Positions 26,901-38,924 of a stretch of DNA of 64,000 bases are shown here, in pieces (the first letter of the stretch is position 1; each line of letters begins with the position of its first letter). The DNA is from Nitrospirales bacterium (GTDB lineage: Bacteria; Nitrospirota; Nitrospiria; Nitrospirales; UBA8639): assembly GCA_965203295.1 (NCBI GenBank), contig CBDBCZ010000018.1, positions 2,688,001 through 2,752,000 of the forward strand, in the 5' to 3' direction. The notes under the pieces were generated by a model. The model was not told the origin of the DNA and did not search any database. It worked only from the letters and a program-made list of their open reading frames with translations. A program made the translations under genes and the position numbers.

Positions 26901-28812
26901 CATACATACATATTAAATGTATGTACAAGTAGCCTAGTGCTAATTTCAGACATGGAGCAGCAATACTAATACAGAGCACATAGGCAGATAGGGCATGTTA
27001 TAGTGTTGATTTAGCTAATTAGCTGAAACCAAAAAACAAAAACTGTTTTAGTAGGAGCAAAAACTGATTTTTTTAAAACTAAAACCTCAAGGGCACTGGC
27101 CTCCGGGAATTTTTTTCACCAGAATCAACCTCATGAGTGGTTAGAATGTCATATATTGCACCGAGAGAAACTGAGAAACTTAGAGAAATCGCAACTGAAC
27201 AGGGTACGCTAATTAACTGCAATGTAGAGTGCACCAGGCTAACTTATAACTTCAGCAAGCGACAGTTGCAAAACCTATATGTCACTTGTTTTTTCCATAC
27301 AGTATTGCTGCTTGCAACAAAATGATGAAAATCTAGAGCACCCTGCACATGATTTACTATAATCAGCAGTGATAAATAGCAACTTTTCCATATCAATATA
27401 CTATCTATCCATGACGTACATGTACTACAAATCGTACCCGGCTGTTAGTACTTACTTTCAGAAGCAAAGTATACTTGCTGTCCTAGAGTATTGCGAATTC
27501 TGTATTTATTCTCAGTCTCGTAGCCTGAGATAACTGTAGCAAAAAAGGAATCAACAGTATTACCATATAGAGATGTTCAAGCACCTGTCAGAGCTTGTAC
27601 CTATAATACATGATACATTTACAATTTTTATTCGGTATACAATTTTGAGGTACTTTCAGTAGCTTTGTACCCATCCAGCACAAAAAAATACTTAAATAAT
27701 ACTGCTAGCATGGCTACGTGACAAGTGGGTGAAGTTCTATACATAGCTCAGGAGTAGCCTCGTTCCCAGGCAAGTGTCAAAAGCTGTGCAGAGGCCTGGG
27801 AACGAGGCTAGCTCAGGAGTACGCTACTACACGTAAAGAAGTGCCCTAGTTGTTGATCTGAACATATTGATTTAAAACAGATGAAGAGGACGTGGTAGGT
27901 GTCTGCATAGAGAGATCCACTACAGTAATCAGAAAGTGATGCTCCACTGTATATACCACAGGCAAGAGCCAATTTAATGCTTCTGACTTGTGCACTTTAT
28001 AGCTGAAAGGTTCTTCAGGGTTCAGGTGTGTTGCATTATTATTATTCCAAACCATAAGTATACTGCCATTCCCAGTCTCTACACCCCAGTTTTCCCACTC
28101 ATAGAAATATCGCGGAAAAAAAGGTGAGTGGAAACTGCGAACAAGGCTATTCACTTCAAAATGATATGTACACAACACGCATCCAACACACACATGTCAA
28201 ATGTACATTACATTCAAAGATGTATGGTGCAATAGTTGTAACACATACATGTACATGTATGTTGGCATTGATAGCCTTCTGTAGCTGGTAATCAGAGAAA
28301 TGACTATCTGTAGATTCTTCAAGCAGTAGTGCCGAAGTACTGACACTCACTTAGAGTGCAAATATATTGTACATCAAGAGTGCATGTGCAGTACAAACAG
28401 GATAAGATCCTCTTACCCAGAATGATTGATTATAGCTAAGTAAGTTCAGTTTTACAATCCACTGAAAAAGTTTTTAAATTGATCTTTACTGATCAATGAT
28501 GCCATTTGTCATCATGCATCACAACACCCTTTTTATACTAGCAGTATAAAACTACCGAGTGTAATAGGATATCAATACACGAATGCCAATTCAATATAAT
28601 TCAATGTAGTAGAAACTCACTTTCAAAAAGCTCAATTTGTTGATGCACAAGAATCTGATCAATTTGGACAAGGTACTCCAGTCCAGGAGGACATGCAGGA
28701 GGGATCTCCGCTGGGAGCGGCATCCAGGTAACTTCCTGTGGAGCTATGTTGCTAGCCAGCTGTGGAAACATCGCTGCAGCAGCTGTGAGAGGATTATATG
28801 GCACTGCACCAC
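11689..28812 (-). CDS. PLSCR: Phospholipid scramblase, seven identified coding exons
   Basis: Exons 28812-28621 ([24 protein letters not shown]), 27533-27456 ([21 protein letters not shown]), 26466-26387 ([14 protein letters not shown]), 23555-23301 (Cys-rich, [13 protein letters not shown]), 22277-22175 ([24 protein letters not shown]), 13017-12959 ([20 protein letters not shown]) and 11763-11689 (DFMFFE...). All GT-AG with matching phases. Confidence 0.95.
13925..14930. repeat. About 120-bp inverted repeat pair (13925-14044 and 14811-14930) in a scramblase intron
   Basis: Arms are near-perfect reverse complements. 14648-14810 also matches 7307-7462 (CATCCCTACA repeat family). Confidence 0.85.
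16340..16883. mobile_element. Tc1/mariner-pogo-type MITE
   Basis: TIRs CCRTAWTGCTACAATATTTTGCGTG flanked by TA; the interior reads like a transposase N-terminal remnant ([15 protein letters not shown]). Confidence 0.75.
16961..17583. mobile_element. Non-autonomous TIR element with TAGTCTCGTTCCC ends (Academ-type candidate)
   Basis: TAGTCTCGTTCCC...GGGAACGAGACTA termini; no clear TSD. Confidence 0.65.
17883..18328. mobile_element. MITE with CAGAGGTCGAAATAACG TIRs and 6-bp TSD TCACTG
   Basis: Perfect terminal inverted repeats; TCACTG directly flanks both ends. Confidence 0.8.
18918..19027. repeat. Short foldback palindrome
   Basis: AGCTGAACTACTAATTGAATTGTTA...TAACAATTCAATTAGTAGTTCAGCT. Confidence 0.8.
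20094..20745. repeat. Tandem duplications: ~97-bp unit x2 (20094-20272) and ~50-bp unit x3 (20595-20745)
   Basis: Repeated GGCTCAGAGAACGAGGTAGCTA and GATTGGAAGGGAAAATCCAAACGCTCAG. Confidence 0.8.
25230..25751 (-). mobile_element. Helentron-associated non-autonomous element (DINE-1/HINE-like), copy 1
   Basis: Subterminal IR TACCCCGCGG/CCGCGGGGTA, (GTCY)n microsatellite near the 5' end, and 3' hairpin GTCTCT-GCT-AGAGAC followed by TTCTAGTT. Near-identical to 35665-36192. Confidence 0.75.
27755..27810. mobile_element. 56-bp MITE with 17-bp TIRs and a 9-bp TSD
   Basis: GCTCAGGAG | TAGCCTCGTTCCCAGGC...GCCTGGGAACGAGGCTA | GCTCAGGAG. Confidence 0.9.
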
Positions 28813-30904
28813 CTGCAAAATAGGAATGGATCTGTAATCAGTAGTAGTTATACACTCCTCTACTAGCCTCATACTCAGCCACCCCAGCTTCTTTTGCTTG
28901 CAGGAAGAAAAAGCAGAATGCCATGGGAACACATATTAGGTCAAATTATGTAAGTTTAATGAACATGGGCAGGGGTACCTGTAAGCAATCACCTAGCTAT
29001 ACCAGTGATAATTGCTGGGCACAGTGAGGCAAATAATTGCGACCTATAGGCATCAAATCACACATTTATGTATAATATTGTAGCATGGTGCGTGGGTGGC
29101 TCAAAGGCATCCACAGTGCAATATGTTCAATACCGCACTCGCTTGCACCGAGACGGCATATATTTCACCAGAAGCTTGACTGACTAGAGCTGGCTAGGTT
29201 TTGTAGACATTGACCGGAAGGTACCTAGCTGGATATTTCGAAGACAAGCTTCAAGAACGCATAAGTCTTCAGTTAGCTTGACCGACTAGAGCTGGCTAGG
29301 CTGTCCAGAGCACATTCACTGGAAGGTACCTAGCTGGATATTTCAAACGATAAGCATGACAAAAGACTTTTAACAACACAAAATCTTCTCTACTATAACA
29401 GACAGCACTCCTAGCAACTCTATTCAACATAAAAGCCAGTACAACAGTACAACGATATAGCTCTCGCTTAGCCGCAACGGCTGGCAGTATGACTCTCCAC
29501 AAACTACAGACAGAGGTGGAGTAACTTACCATGCTTTCCGATGCCAAGTGCTCTTATTGCTCACTAAAACGAGCCATTCCATGCTACAAACAAGTTAAAC
29601 CACAGCTCCAGGTGGGCTGTATGGGAAATCCATTCATGCAACGATTCAATTAGAGCCCTTGGAGCTGCGGTTCCTATACATACATATGCATACATATGTA
29701 CAATATAACAATTATACCAGTTACTGTATGCATGGTGGTTTATTATAAGTGAATACACTGAGTATAATAAGTTTAGCAAGTTTTATACAGTTGAGTGTAA
29801 TTGCCAGCTACAATATTAGAAACTAACATGGCAGTACAGAGAAAGCTTATATGAGCTTCAAAGTGTATTGATGATGTGCTAGGTTGTGATGCCTCCTCAA
29901 CTTGGCCTGTACTATGCGTGCATGCAGTTGGAACATCACTCCTCAGTAGGGACCGGCCAATTACACTGGCATAATTCAAGAGTAATAGGACGAGTCAAGC
30001 AACAGGCAATATGCTGGCATAATAATTTTTACATAAAATAAATACGTACTGCATGTGCATGCGCAGCTAAACGTGTTTATCATTCATTTATACGCGAAAT
30101 GCGCAAATCTGCCTGGAAACAGCTTTTGTTTATAAGACTTTGTACATGCCTAGACTTCACAGAATGCATGTTCTCGAGATTGATTCCCAGACACTGCACT
30201 TGTCTCCTTTATTCGTTAGTTTTTTTGATTTTTTACATGACGACTATAATCATCATTCGGGTATATAGCACATGTAGCTCATTCCGTGATATTGAAGCCT
30301 CTCTTATGTTTCAGTAATCAACACTTTAGTCTACTACTTGTACTAGCTGGTTACTGATTTCAGGGCTTAACATTGAGCATAATGGACCAAGCATAATAGC
30401 TATGTAGGTCATGTAAGCAGGCATGCAATATATAGGCCATATAATGATCAGGCTTAGCATAATAGCTGGTAAATATACAAGCAGAATGTGCTGCTCCCTA
30501 CTCTGAGTAGCCTGCTGGAACAAGACCACAAAAATATTAGTTTTCTGAACATGCCATGCTTAGCTATAGCTAGGCATGGCTACTTATGGTGTAGCGTTCC
30601 TGATGAGAATGCACACAACAGTAGTGTATTAATGACTTGCAATACAATGACTTGCACAAGGGTGTACGTACTATTATTCTCGCCACGCCCAGGCTGTGAC
30701 TACTTGCATAATTATTCGCCACTATTCTTGCGACAGGCTAAATCATAATAATATCCGCACTTATATACACCCACAGCTCTGCTCACCCAATGTACTTTGC
30801 ACTCACCCACAGTATTTTATACTTGGGTAGTGGTCAGGCCTAGTTAATACATAACGTATACTGTATATGTGTACACGTATGTATGTCATTGCATACGTAA
30901 TAGT

Positions 30905-31041
30905 TGTACCATGGGTTTCTAGGGTGTATGGGTTTTGTACTCTGAGGGCAGTTATATGTATTCCCGAGGGCGCAGCCCGAGGGAATACATATAACTGCAC
31001 GAAGAGTAAAAATCCCATACACCCTAGAAACCCATGGTACA
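30905..31041. repeat. Palindromic element with central GGGC-GCA-GCCC mini-hairpin
   Basis: TGTACCATGGGTTTCTAGGGTGTATGGG arms in inverted orientation. Confidence 0.8.
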
Positions 31042-32357
31042 GGTGACTTGTACCATAATACAATTACAAACGCTGTTAGTTATGACAAGCGCTAATGGAG
31101 AAGCATTAGTTGCCTGGCAACCATATACCCTAGGGTATATTGACAGTTCAAACGAGCCGCTAGGGTGTATGGCTGATATACCCTGGGCGGTGCCTTTCAT
31201 GTACTGTAGAGGTGCATTATGGTACAAATGTATATATATCTGTCCTTCATGCTTTCCCAGACTCATGCAGGAGGCAAGCCATGTCTTCACAAAATGGCAT
31301 CTTGCTCGGGCAATTGTATGGATACCGTTTTCGAACACGTGGCATAGAAAAGGGTAGAAATCTGGACAAGTCTGTTACACCAGTAAGTACGCCTTACTAC
31401 AGCTCCTAGGGTAGCTAGTGACTCTGTGTAGCTGCTCAGTAAGAGATACAAAGCTAGTATAATTGATTGATAAAGAACACGCGCGGGATTCAGGTATGTA
31501 CCTCCATCAGCTGTCTCGTGGCAGATGTGGCTGATCCTTGGGAAAGTGTTGTAGACAAAGAGACCACTCACCTGGATGCCGATTGTCCTTTGTAGCTCCA
31601 GCAGTTCAGTTGTTGATCATGTTGTGCAGTTCTCATGACTGTTTGACTTGCGAAAACAGTCGTCTAGTGTGCATCCAGTCAGCAAAAGGCCTATAACGCA
31701 TATAATCCACGTGTCTGAGTAAACCGGTATATAGTCATACCTATACCTATGAAGTTAAGTGAGGCATAGTGTGCTTGCTTGTATATACCCTAGTTAATGA
31801 TTGATTTTTGCATTCTGTTCCTGGGTTTCTGATGGTTTGCTGGGCAGTAGAACCATTTGTGTATACAATGTTTCAGAGGCTGGAATCAAACAAACAAGTT
31901 ACGTGAATGAGCTCCAGCGTCTCCATGTGCAGAGGCATGCAGTACTACCCCACACACATACTGTACATGTAAGTAACCTGTTACTGCTAGTGAAAAACAA
32001 AATCTCTTACACTGCCTATAGGGCTCCAGCATCTTGGACACATTGCAAGATATGTCTTTTATACGGGAACAAATGAGGCAGAAAAATTGTGTGTTAGCTG
32101 TTACAGTGCAGTATCCAGTATGCCTATATGCATGGACAAGATCAACTCAGTTGCTACCATGAAGCCATGCACCCCCACAAACAATGAAGTGGCTTCTATA
32201 GTCTTTATGTAATGCAAATGACAGGGAGGTGTTCCCAGGCATTTCACTTTTTCTTCCTGCAACCAAAAAAAGCTGGGATGGCTGGCCAGTCATCTACAAG
32301 TGGCAAACCTACATTCCAATACAAGTACATGTACTACAAAAACACAGCCCATTATAA

Positions 32358-32831
32358 AACTAGAAGTCTCTAGCAGAGACATACCCCGCGCTACAAATGG
32401 GACCTTTGGACTCTGGTCTGATGGAGCAGCCGCAGAGCTGGCTCTGTAAAGCGTGAAAGGCTCGTACCCACGTCCTTGTTCCACATTAAAGCTGTGGGCA
32501 TGACCGATTGCCGTATAAATGACACAGATGTTTCTCTGCATATACTTCAGTATGAACCCGTGTCCTGAGACTGCGTATGCCCGCCCTCTGTCGTATTCGA
32601 GTTCTTGACCGTAATAGAACCTTACCGTGTTGAATAAGAAAGAGCTGGAAATGTAGAGAATTAGAAACCGCTTTGGTCACTATCAGGCACACACATATAA
32701 TTATGTTTTGAATTTCAAGGTTACTGTCGGGTTTAGCAATCGCTTATCCCTGCAAATCGAAAGATAGCACTGGTCAGACTGACAGACAGACAGAACCAAT
32801 CACTTAACCCTGCCGCATACGCGCAGGGTAA
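32358..32831 (-). mobile_element. HINE-like element, diverged subfamily copy
   Basis: Same ACTAGAAGTCTCTAGCAGAGACATACCCC end, GACA microsatellite and GGGTAA end as copy 1. Confidence 0.7.
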
Positions 32832-33699
32832 TTATACAGCAGCTCAGAACATTTTATTCTTACATTCTTGGTCCAACTTGAAGTGTAAACTTCATCCACT
32901 TTATCCCGTGGTCATAAGCATGCCAGATGTTGTTGGCGAAGAAATTTGTGTAGCAAAATTTCAAGACATTTGTAGGGTTGATCTGAATAAAGATTTTGTG
33001 AAGTTTGAGAGTCTATTAATTAAGATCGACATGTTGTATACTATATGTACATAACGATTACACCTGAATTAGTTTTACTCACATGACCAAATCAGAAGTC
33101 TCAAGATCAATTACATGAGTGTGCATAAAAAAAATGCCTTAATGTACACTTACTAAAAGACGCCCAGCACATGTGACTCCTCTCCTGGACCCTTGGACTT
33201 GCTATTGGAAGGTTAGTAACTCTGTGGATTGAACCCAATTGAACCCCGCTGTTCTAGCGAGCTACAGCAGTTTCTTTGTAGCTAACTGCGTATTTTAGCC
33301 GCACAACTCCGTACTTCATTTGCACGCGACGATTGAATGCAATTATCCACACGTGCACATGAAGCTTGTCCTGCCCCCCTGGGTCACGCCTACAGCTTAA
33401 ATACAGGACATACGCGAGCCCTCGAGTATGGTATACGATTCTTATCTCCAACATGGAGCTTAGAAGAGATACTCAGATAGAAAGCATACTGGAGAATAGT
33501 AGAGAAATGCCCGCATCATTACTACGATGATCAGTCACGCCTAAAGCTCACATACGCCGCTACAGTCTGCAGGGTCCAGGAGTGTGGGGTATGTCTCTGC
33601 TAGAGACCTCTAGTTACTTCCTTTTTTCTTTAGGCTTTTAGGACACTTTTTAATTTCTGAATAACTAATCCCCCCTATCCTTCAGTGAGCTAGACATTT

Positions 33700-34240
33700 C
33701 ACTATATTCCCATCACTTTCTTCTCTACATGCTCTTTCCAGCTATCATCAAACTCTTCATATGTACCAATTCCGACATTGATGTCTGAACGTAACACTAT
33801 CCCCATTTATCTTCCCTGCCACTTCTAATCTCCTAGTCTCTTTAACTTTTAATCTTACCATCCTACCACCTCGCCACCTTGCCACACACTATCACTTTCT
33901 CCCCAATTCCTTTTGATGCTTTACTGTAGCTTCCCAATCCTGAACCACTGCCTTCACTAATTCTGATCCCCTCAATCCCCGGGTTTTTCATTGGTGTAAC
34001 CCTTCTACTGATACACTAAGGCTTCCTGATACTTCTGTCTCACTTCCTTATCCTGAAACCATTTAATGTACTCCTTAATCATCCCTTCTGTTGTTTAGTG
34101 GTTTTAATTACAGTCTGCCCAATTCCATCCATACCAGAAAGTGATCCAATTCTCCTACATCCATTATATCCACATGTACCTGCACACTCCCTGACTGTTA
34201 TATCTATCCACATACTCCCTGAAACCTGCAACAAGCTGGA
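33700..34240 (-). mobile_element. LINE fragment: end of the APE endonuclease and linker
   Basis: Minus-strand DHFLVWMELG (SDH motif) near 34150, followed by purine-rich degenerate coding sequence. Confidence 0.55.
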
Positions 34241-34659
34241 ACCAGTAGCTATAAAGTTACAGAAACAGCACTCAATCAAAAATACAAAAATCATTCATGT
34301 TCAACTTTTTGTGTTTTGGATCATCGTTTTGTAAATCCTGCGATCACCTTTAGATATTCTATACGTACATGTACTACATTAGTGTTATCTGAGTTTTCTA
34401 AATGTACATGTATATCTTCTCACATAAGTTTGCAATGTGATTACATAGTTTTCAGTTCTGGGTCCCTTGGTGGTTTAATTACCCCGGCAGGCTGATTCAG
34501 ACTAAGTCTGGGTGTATAGCACGTTCCTCGTGTTTAGGAGATGGGGGGATGGCCTATAAATGAGAGAGTAATTACAGTTGGAATTGGCTGGGTCCTACTG
34601 GCAAGTGCTACTAGCAGGTTTAGTGGCTATATAAAGCTTGCCTACTGCTCCTCTGCCAA

Positions 34660-34747
34660 GGGGCTCCAGTAGCGCAATTGGTAAGAGCATCTGACTAGTA
34701 TTCAGAAGGTCCCATGCATGCATGGGTTCAATCACCAGCTGGGTCCC
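34660..34747 (+). other. tRNA-Thr(AGT)-derived pseudo-tRNA inside a repeat
   Basis: A box TAGCGCAATTGG, anticodon arm TCTGA-CTAGTAT-TCAGA, B-box-like GGTTCAATC and paired ends. A CATGCATG insertion disrupts the T arm. Confidence 0.65.
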
Positions 34748-35664
34748 GATTTTCGAGATTTCTTTACTCTCTCAGAAGGCTTATCTTCTCACAGAAGTTT
34801 GCAATGTATATATGTAATTTTTACCAGCTGGATCGCGCGCAGCGCACGGACCGCTGGTCCTAATATTGCTTTCCGTTTTTCGCGTTTGTTTGTTCGTGCG
34901 TCCGCACTTATCACGTGCACAATATTTTACGTCATACGATACTATGCAGTGTTCTAGCCAGAGACAATTGCAAAGAGCGGTGCTTTATCAGACATCAAAG
35001 CACAGCTGTGGCTTTAATTACATTCTTACAACCACATCTAAAGAAAAGGTATACATAAGAGTGGTGGAGCACCACTCTTCCCCTCTTTAGCTAGAACACT
35101 GCTATGCAACTGCAGTATATAGCAGCTTTTGGAGGTTTGCAGGCCAAGCTACAGCAAAATTCTTATTTGAGCTTTGCCCAAATGTCAGTTAACACATAGG
35201 CTGGGCACAAGACTAGTTAACATAGAGACTCCACACTGGGTTGGCTTCAACCCATTCAGCTTGAATAGCTGTTAAGTTCTTTGTGGCCATAGCTCACATG
35301 AGATCATTAAACCCTGTCAACCAGCACCATCAGTCTTGCTGCCTTTGCATCCTCTATACGTGCTAGCTAGACTGTTAAAACTTTGCAAAATCTGCACGAG
35401 GCGAAGCCGAGTGCAATTAACATTCCTGGTTGCATCACGAGTGCAATTCATCACAAAATTGCACAGCAACCCATGCTGTTACAAATTAATCATCATAGCA
35501 CTATTTGCTTTTCACATTAATGTCAAGGCATATGCGTATAGTCAGAGTCACTGTCAACAATAATTGCATAAGATTGCTTTCTGTGTTGTATATTGGTATA
35601 TTATATTACTTTTTGTAGACATGCAGGTACTAGTGTTTGCTCAAAAATAGACATTACAACTTTA

Positions 35665-36192
35665 AACTAGAAGTCTCTAGCAGAGACATACCCCGCGGTG
35701 CATAATTCACAACTTGGACCTGGCAGGACTGCAGACTGGGTTGATGGAGTAGTTGGCAAAGTGTACATGTATATCACTGGCTGTGTATCCGCACGCAGAG
35801 TGTACAGTGCTCGTGTATGCGTATCTGTATATCCTATGGGAAGTGGTGGGCGTGACTGATTGCCAATATGAACACGTGAGCAGAGTCCGTATATGCCCGG
35901 CCTCTATCGTATTCTAGTTGTGACCGTATTAAAATGGCAGAATGTACCGTTGTTAAATAATAAAGAGCTGCAGATGCAGCAAATTGAACCGCTTTGGCGA
36001 CTATCAGGTACACACCCGGACATTTTTTTTTAGATTTCAATGTTACTGTTGTGTTTAGCAATCGCTTAACTCTGTAAATCGCGAGATAGGCCAATTTTTG
36101 AGTGGACAGACACCGGACAGACAGATGGACGAACGGACGGACAGACAGAACCAATCGCTTGACCCCGCCGCCGCCTATGCGCCGCGGGGTAA
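35665..36192 (-). mobile_element. HINE-like element, copy 2
   Basis: Colinear, near-identical to 25230-25751. Confidence 0.75.
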
Positions 36193-37489
36193 AAATACTG
36201 TGACTAAGCAAAGGATGTAGAAGGGGGCAGATACTGTGGAACAGGCATGCAAAAGGAGGCTGAGAGTGCAGTACAGAAGTGGAATGATGCAGAGGAATTA
36301 GAGTAAAATAAAAGGCGACGCGATTCTGCAGAGGCAGTGTCGAGGGTGGAGCTGGGCGAGGGCGGGGCAATGGGAGGGTCAAGCGTGGCTCGAAGTCGAA
36401 CGGAAGCGAACCAACAATACGATCGAAATCTTGATCGGAATTGTCGCTACTTGCAAAGAAATCGAGAATATATAGACGGAAAGAAAAACTCATTTAGAGA
36501 AGCTTCAGCCATGCTAGAAACTGCTGTGTTGCTATATACCGCTCCCTAGCCAATCGACCAATCAGATGCGAATTGGTATTTCACTCTTTTGCACAGCTAG
36601 TCTACCCTGAGGCACGCTAGCCGTGCAAAAAAGTGAAATCCGTTTACTATTGGTCAGTAACCGTGCAATTTCGAAATAAAATGTATTCTTGTCTATGTAT
36701 CTATAGTGCAGTGACTACAATACCTATATGATTAATAATTATCAAAAATATGCTGCGATTACATGCCCAATGTGTTAATGAAGGTAGTTGTTTGTTGCCT
36801 AGATGGCGAAAATTTGGTAGGCAGCCGTAAAGTTCCTGTTTTTGTGGCTTATAGCTACTAACTGGAAGCGCACGGCGAAGCTGCCGACTCAGCACTTTCG
36901 CTGTACTGCCGCAACGGTTCAATTGCTTATCAGTTTCTGCAGGATGCCTATTTTAGCATAGTTACTAGTAAGTTGTACAGTTGCAGTTGTTGTATGGGAA
37001 AGGTGACCGGCTGGTTTTTTAGACATAAATGTGGGGACTTGTTTTGAAAACATTTTGTAGATCTTCACACTTGATATATGTTTGTAAGCATGAAAACCAT
37101 AATATTATGCAATATGCCTATACTACACCACAACTATGCGGCAATGTAAACGTAACTATGGCGTTGTAGCCTCAGGTGTACATTATCAAATTAATTAAAA
37201 GGTAGTTTCCTCTACAGTGATGATTGGTACCATAGCTAGCAACTAACCAAATGACATTAGTCCTAGACAATGCCTACAGCAGAAATATGAACTTGTCATT
37301 TTGTACACACTAAAGGGAGATACCATTTTTTCTGGGGCCATCCCTACATATGGAGTACTATTGTACTCCCTGATAGACTTCTGCTTCAGAGAAGGTCTAG
37401 TTCTAGTCCACTGTGGTTCTACAGTGAACTCATGGCCATTACAGACTACAAACTCAACCTCATTCCAAAATGAAATCAACCTGCTACAC

Positions 37490-37900
37490 ACATACTGCAT
37501 TTTACTTCTCCAAATATGCCTAATACATCATTTAATTTGGAAGATTTCCCTACTCTAGTATTAAAATCACCAAGAAGTACAACCTGACCCTCTTCTTCAT
37601 ACAAAGCACATCCTCTTTTAACTACATGTATCTGTAACTACTTTCAATAACTGCTTCACGATCTGTAGGCATATAAACACAACCCAAAAACAAGTATTCC
37701 TGCCCCTCTCTCCTTTGACATGCTGTTTTGCTTAACATAATTCACATCCTCATAAGCTCTACTCCACTGGCTAAGCACTCCTTTACCAAGAATCCTACTC
37801 CGCCCTCTCCTTTCCTACTTGAGGAAGAACCTTGCCTAGGCTTCCCAACTATTTGTACCTCTCTAACTAAAGGAAGTTTGGGGTCTCTTTTTTCCGCGAC
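37490..37900 (-). mobile_element. LINE fragment: APE endonuclease, N-terminal to middle part
   Basis: Minus-strand GEGGVGFLVKECL and VVLLGDFNTRVG motifs. Confidence 0.7.
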
Positions 37901-38694
37901 ACCTGACCTGCACAAATATACTACAGATACCAAAAAAGGTTCCTGGTGGCTACTCGCTGTAACACAAAACCCGGTTGGCAATTATAAAGGCATGAATAAT
38001 CCTGATATTACGAAGTACAGCTGCTGGGTCAGTACTTTCACTGTGCTGCGTTTGGTTGTTTGTCTACTTACATGTATGAGACTAGCCTATTACACACGGT
38101 TCTACCTGTACAACTATATAGTTAGCGGGGCCTGACCAGTTGCTGAGCTTAACCTTAGTATTCAATGTTCCCGCTTTTAAGGTATGAACAGGGTAACAGG
38201 GTTCTGCCTAGGAGACGTTGAGTGGTGGTCAAAATTCAAGCTCCAAGACACTTCTGTTAGCTAAACGGGCTATCTCCCATATTAAAAATACTGGAAATAG
38301 AGTTAAACATTAGCTGAGTGGTGGTCAAAGAGGCCGGGTGGTGGTTGGACCCGACCACTACCGACCAGTGGGCAGAACCCTGTATGAATGATCAGATTGC
38401 CATCCCCCCCCCCCCCCCCCCCCCAAAATTGTTCACCCTTGTACCCAGTGGTCCCAGCATTTTCGCCTGCAGGAAGACAAAGCATTCTGCCTTTCTTACT
38501 GAAAACGCACAAAGCTGGGGATGAGCCATTGTTTTACACTTCTATATAAGAAAGTGAGACAGTCCTTCAAAGAGGTTTTGCTGCAGCAAGCAACAAGGAG
38601 GTACAGGTGGAGTCTGCAGCATGTATGATCACACACAGTGATATCTTGTGAAACTACTAATTTCCATCTATGAATTAAGAGACTAGCTATTTAC

Positions 38695-38824
38695 CTGATG
38701 AAGGGTATTGTCCTCCAGGTGGGAGATTGCCTGCGACAGAAGAAACATTCTGTTGTGGAGGACTGGGGAAAGTTGCAGCTGTTGGGTAAGGAGGTGGCTG
38801 GTCAGCTGACGGGATGTGGGCCAT
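38695..38824 (-). CDS. Candidate first coding exon of the scramblase (Pro-rich N-terminus with PPPY)
   Basis: MAHIPSADQPPPYPTAATFPSPPQQNVSSVAGNLPPGGQYPSS|gtaaat ends in phase 1, matching the phase-1 acceptor at 28812. Scramblases have Pro-rich N-termini. Confidence 0.55.
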
Positions 38825-38924
38825 TTCAGCTGCTGTTTTGTAGAAGTAACAGAAAATTAACTGATGACTATCAAAGGAATAGCTTGTGTTACTTGATAAA
38901 GGTATATATGGCAGTTATGATATG

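Noticed and set aside
29525..29535. ATG|gtaagt as the scramblase start exon
   Set aside because: Phase 0, whereas the acceptor at 28812 requires phase 1.
38303..38382. Pro-rich minus-strand reading as a scramblase exon
   Set aside because: Coincides with a CAGGGTTCTGCC-ended MITE and runs into a stop.
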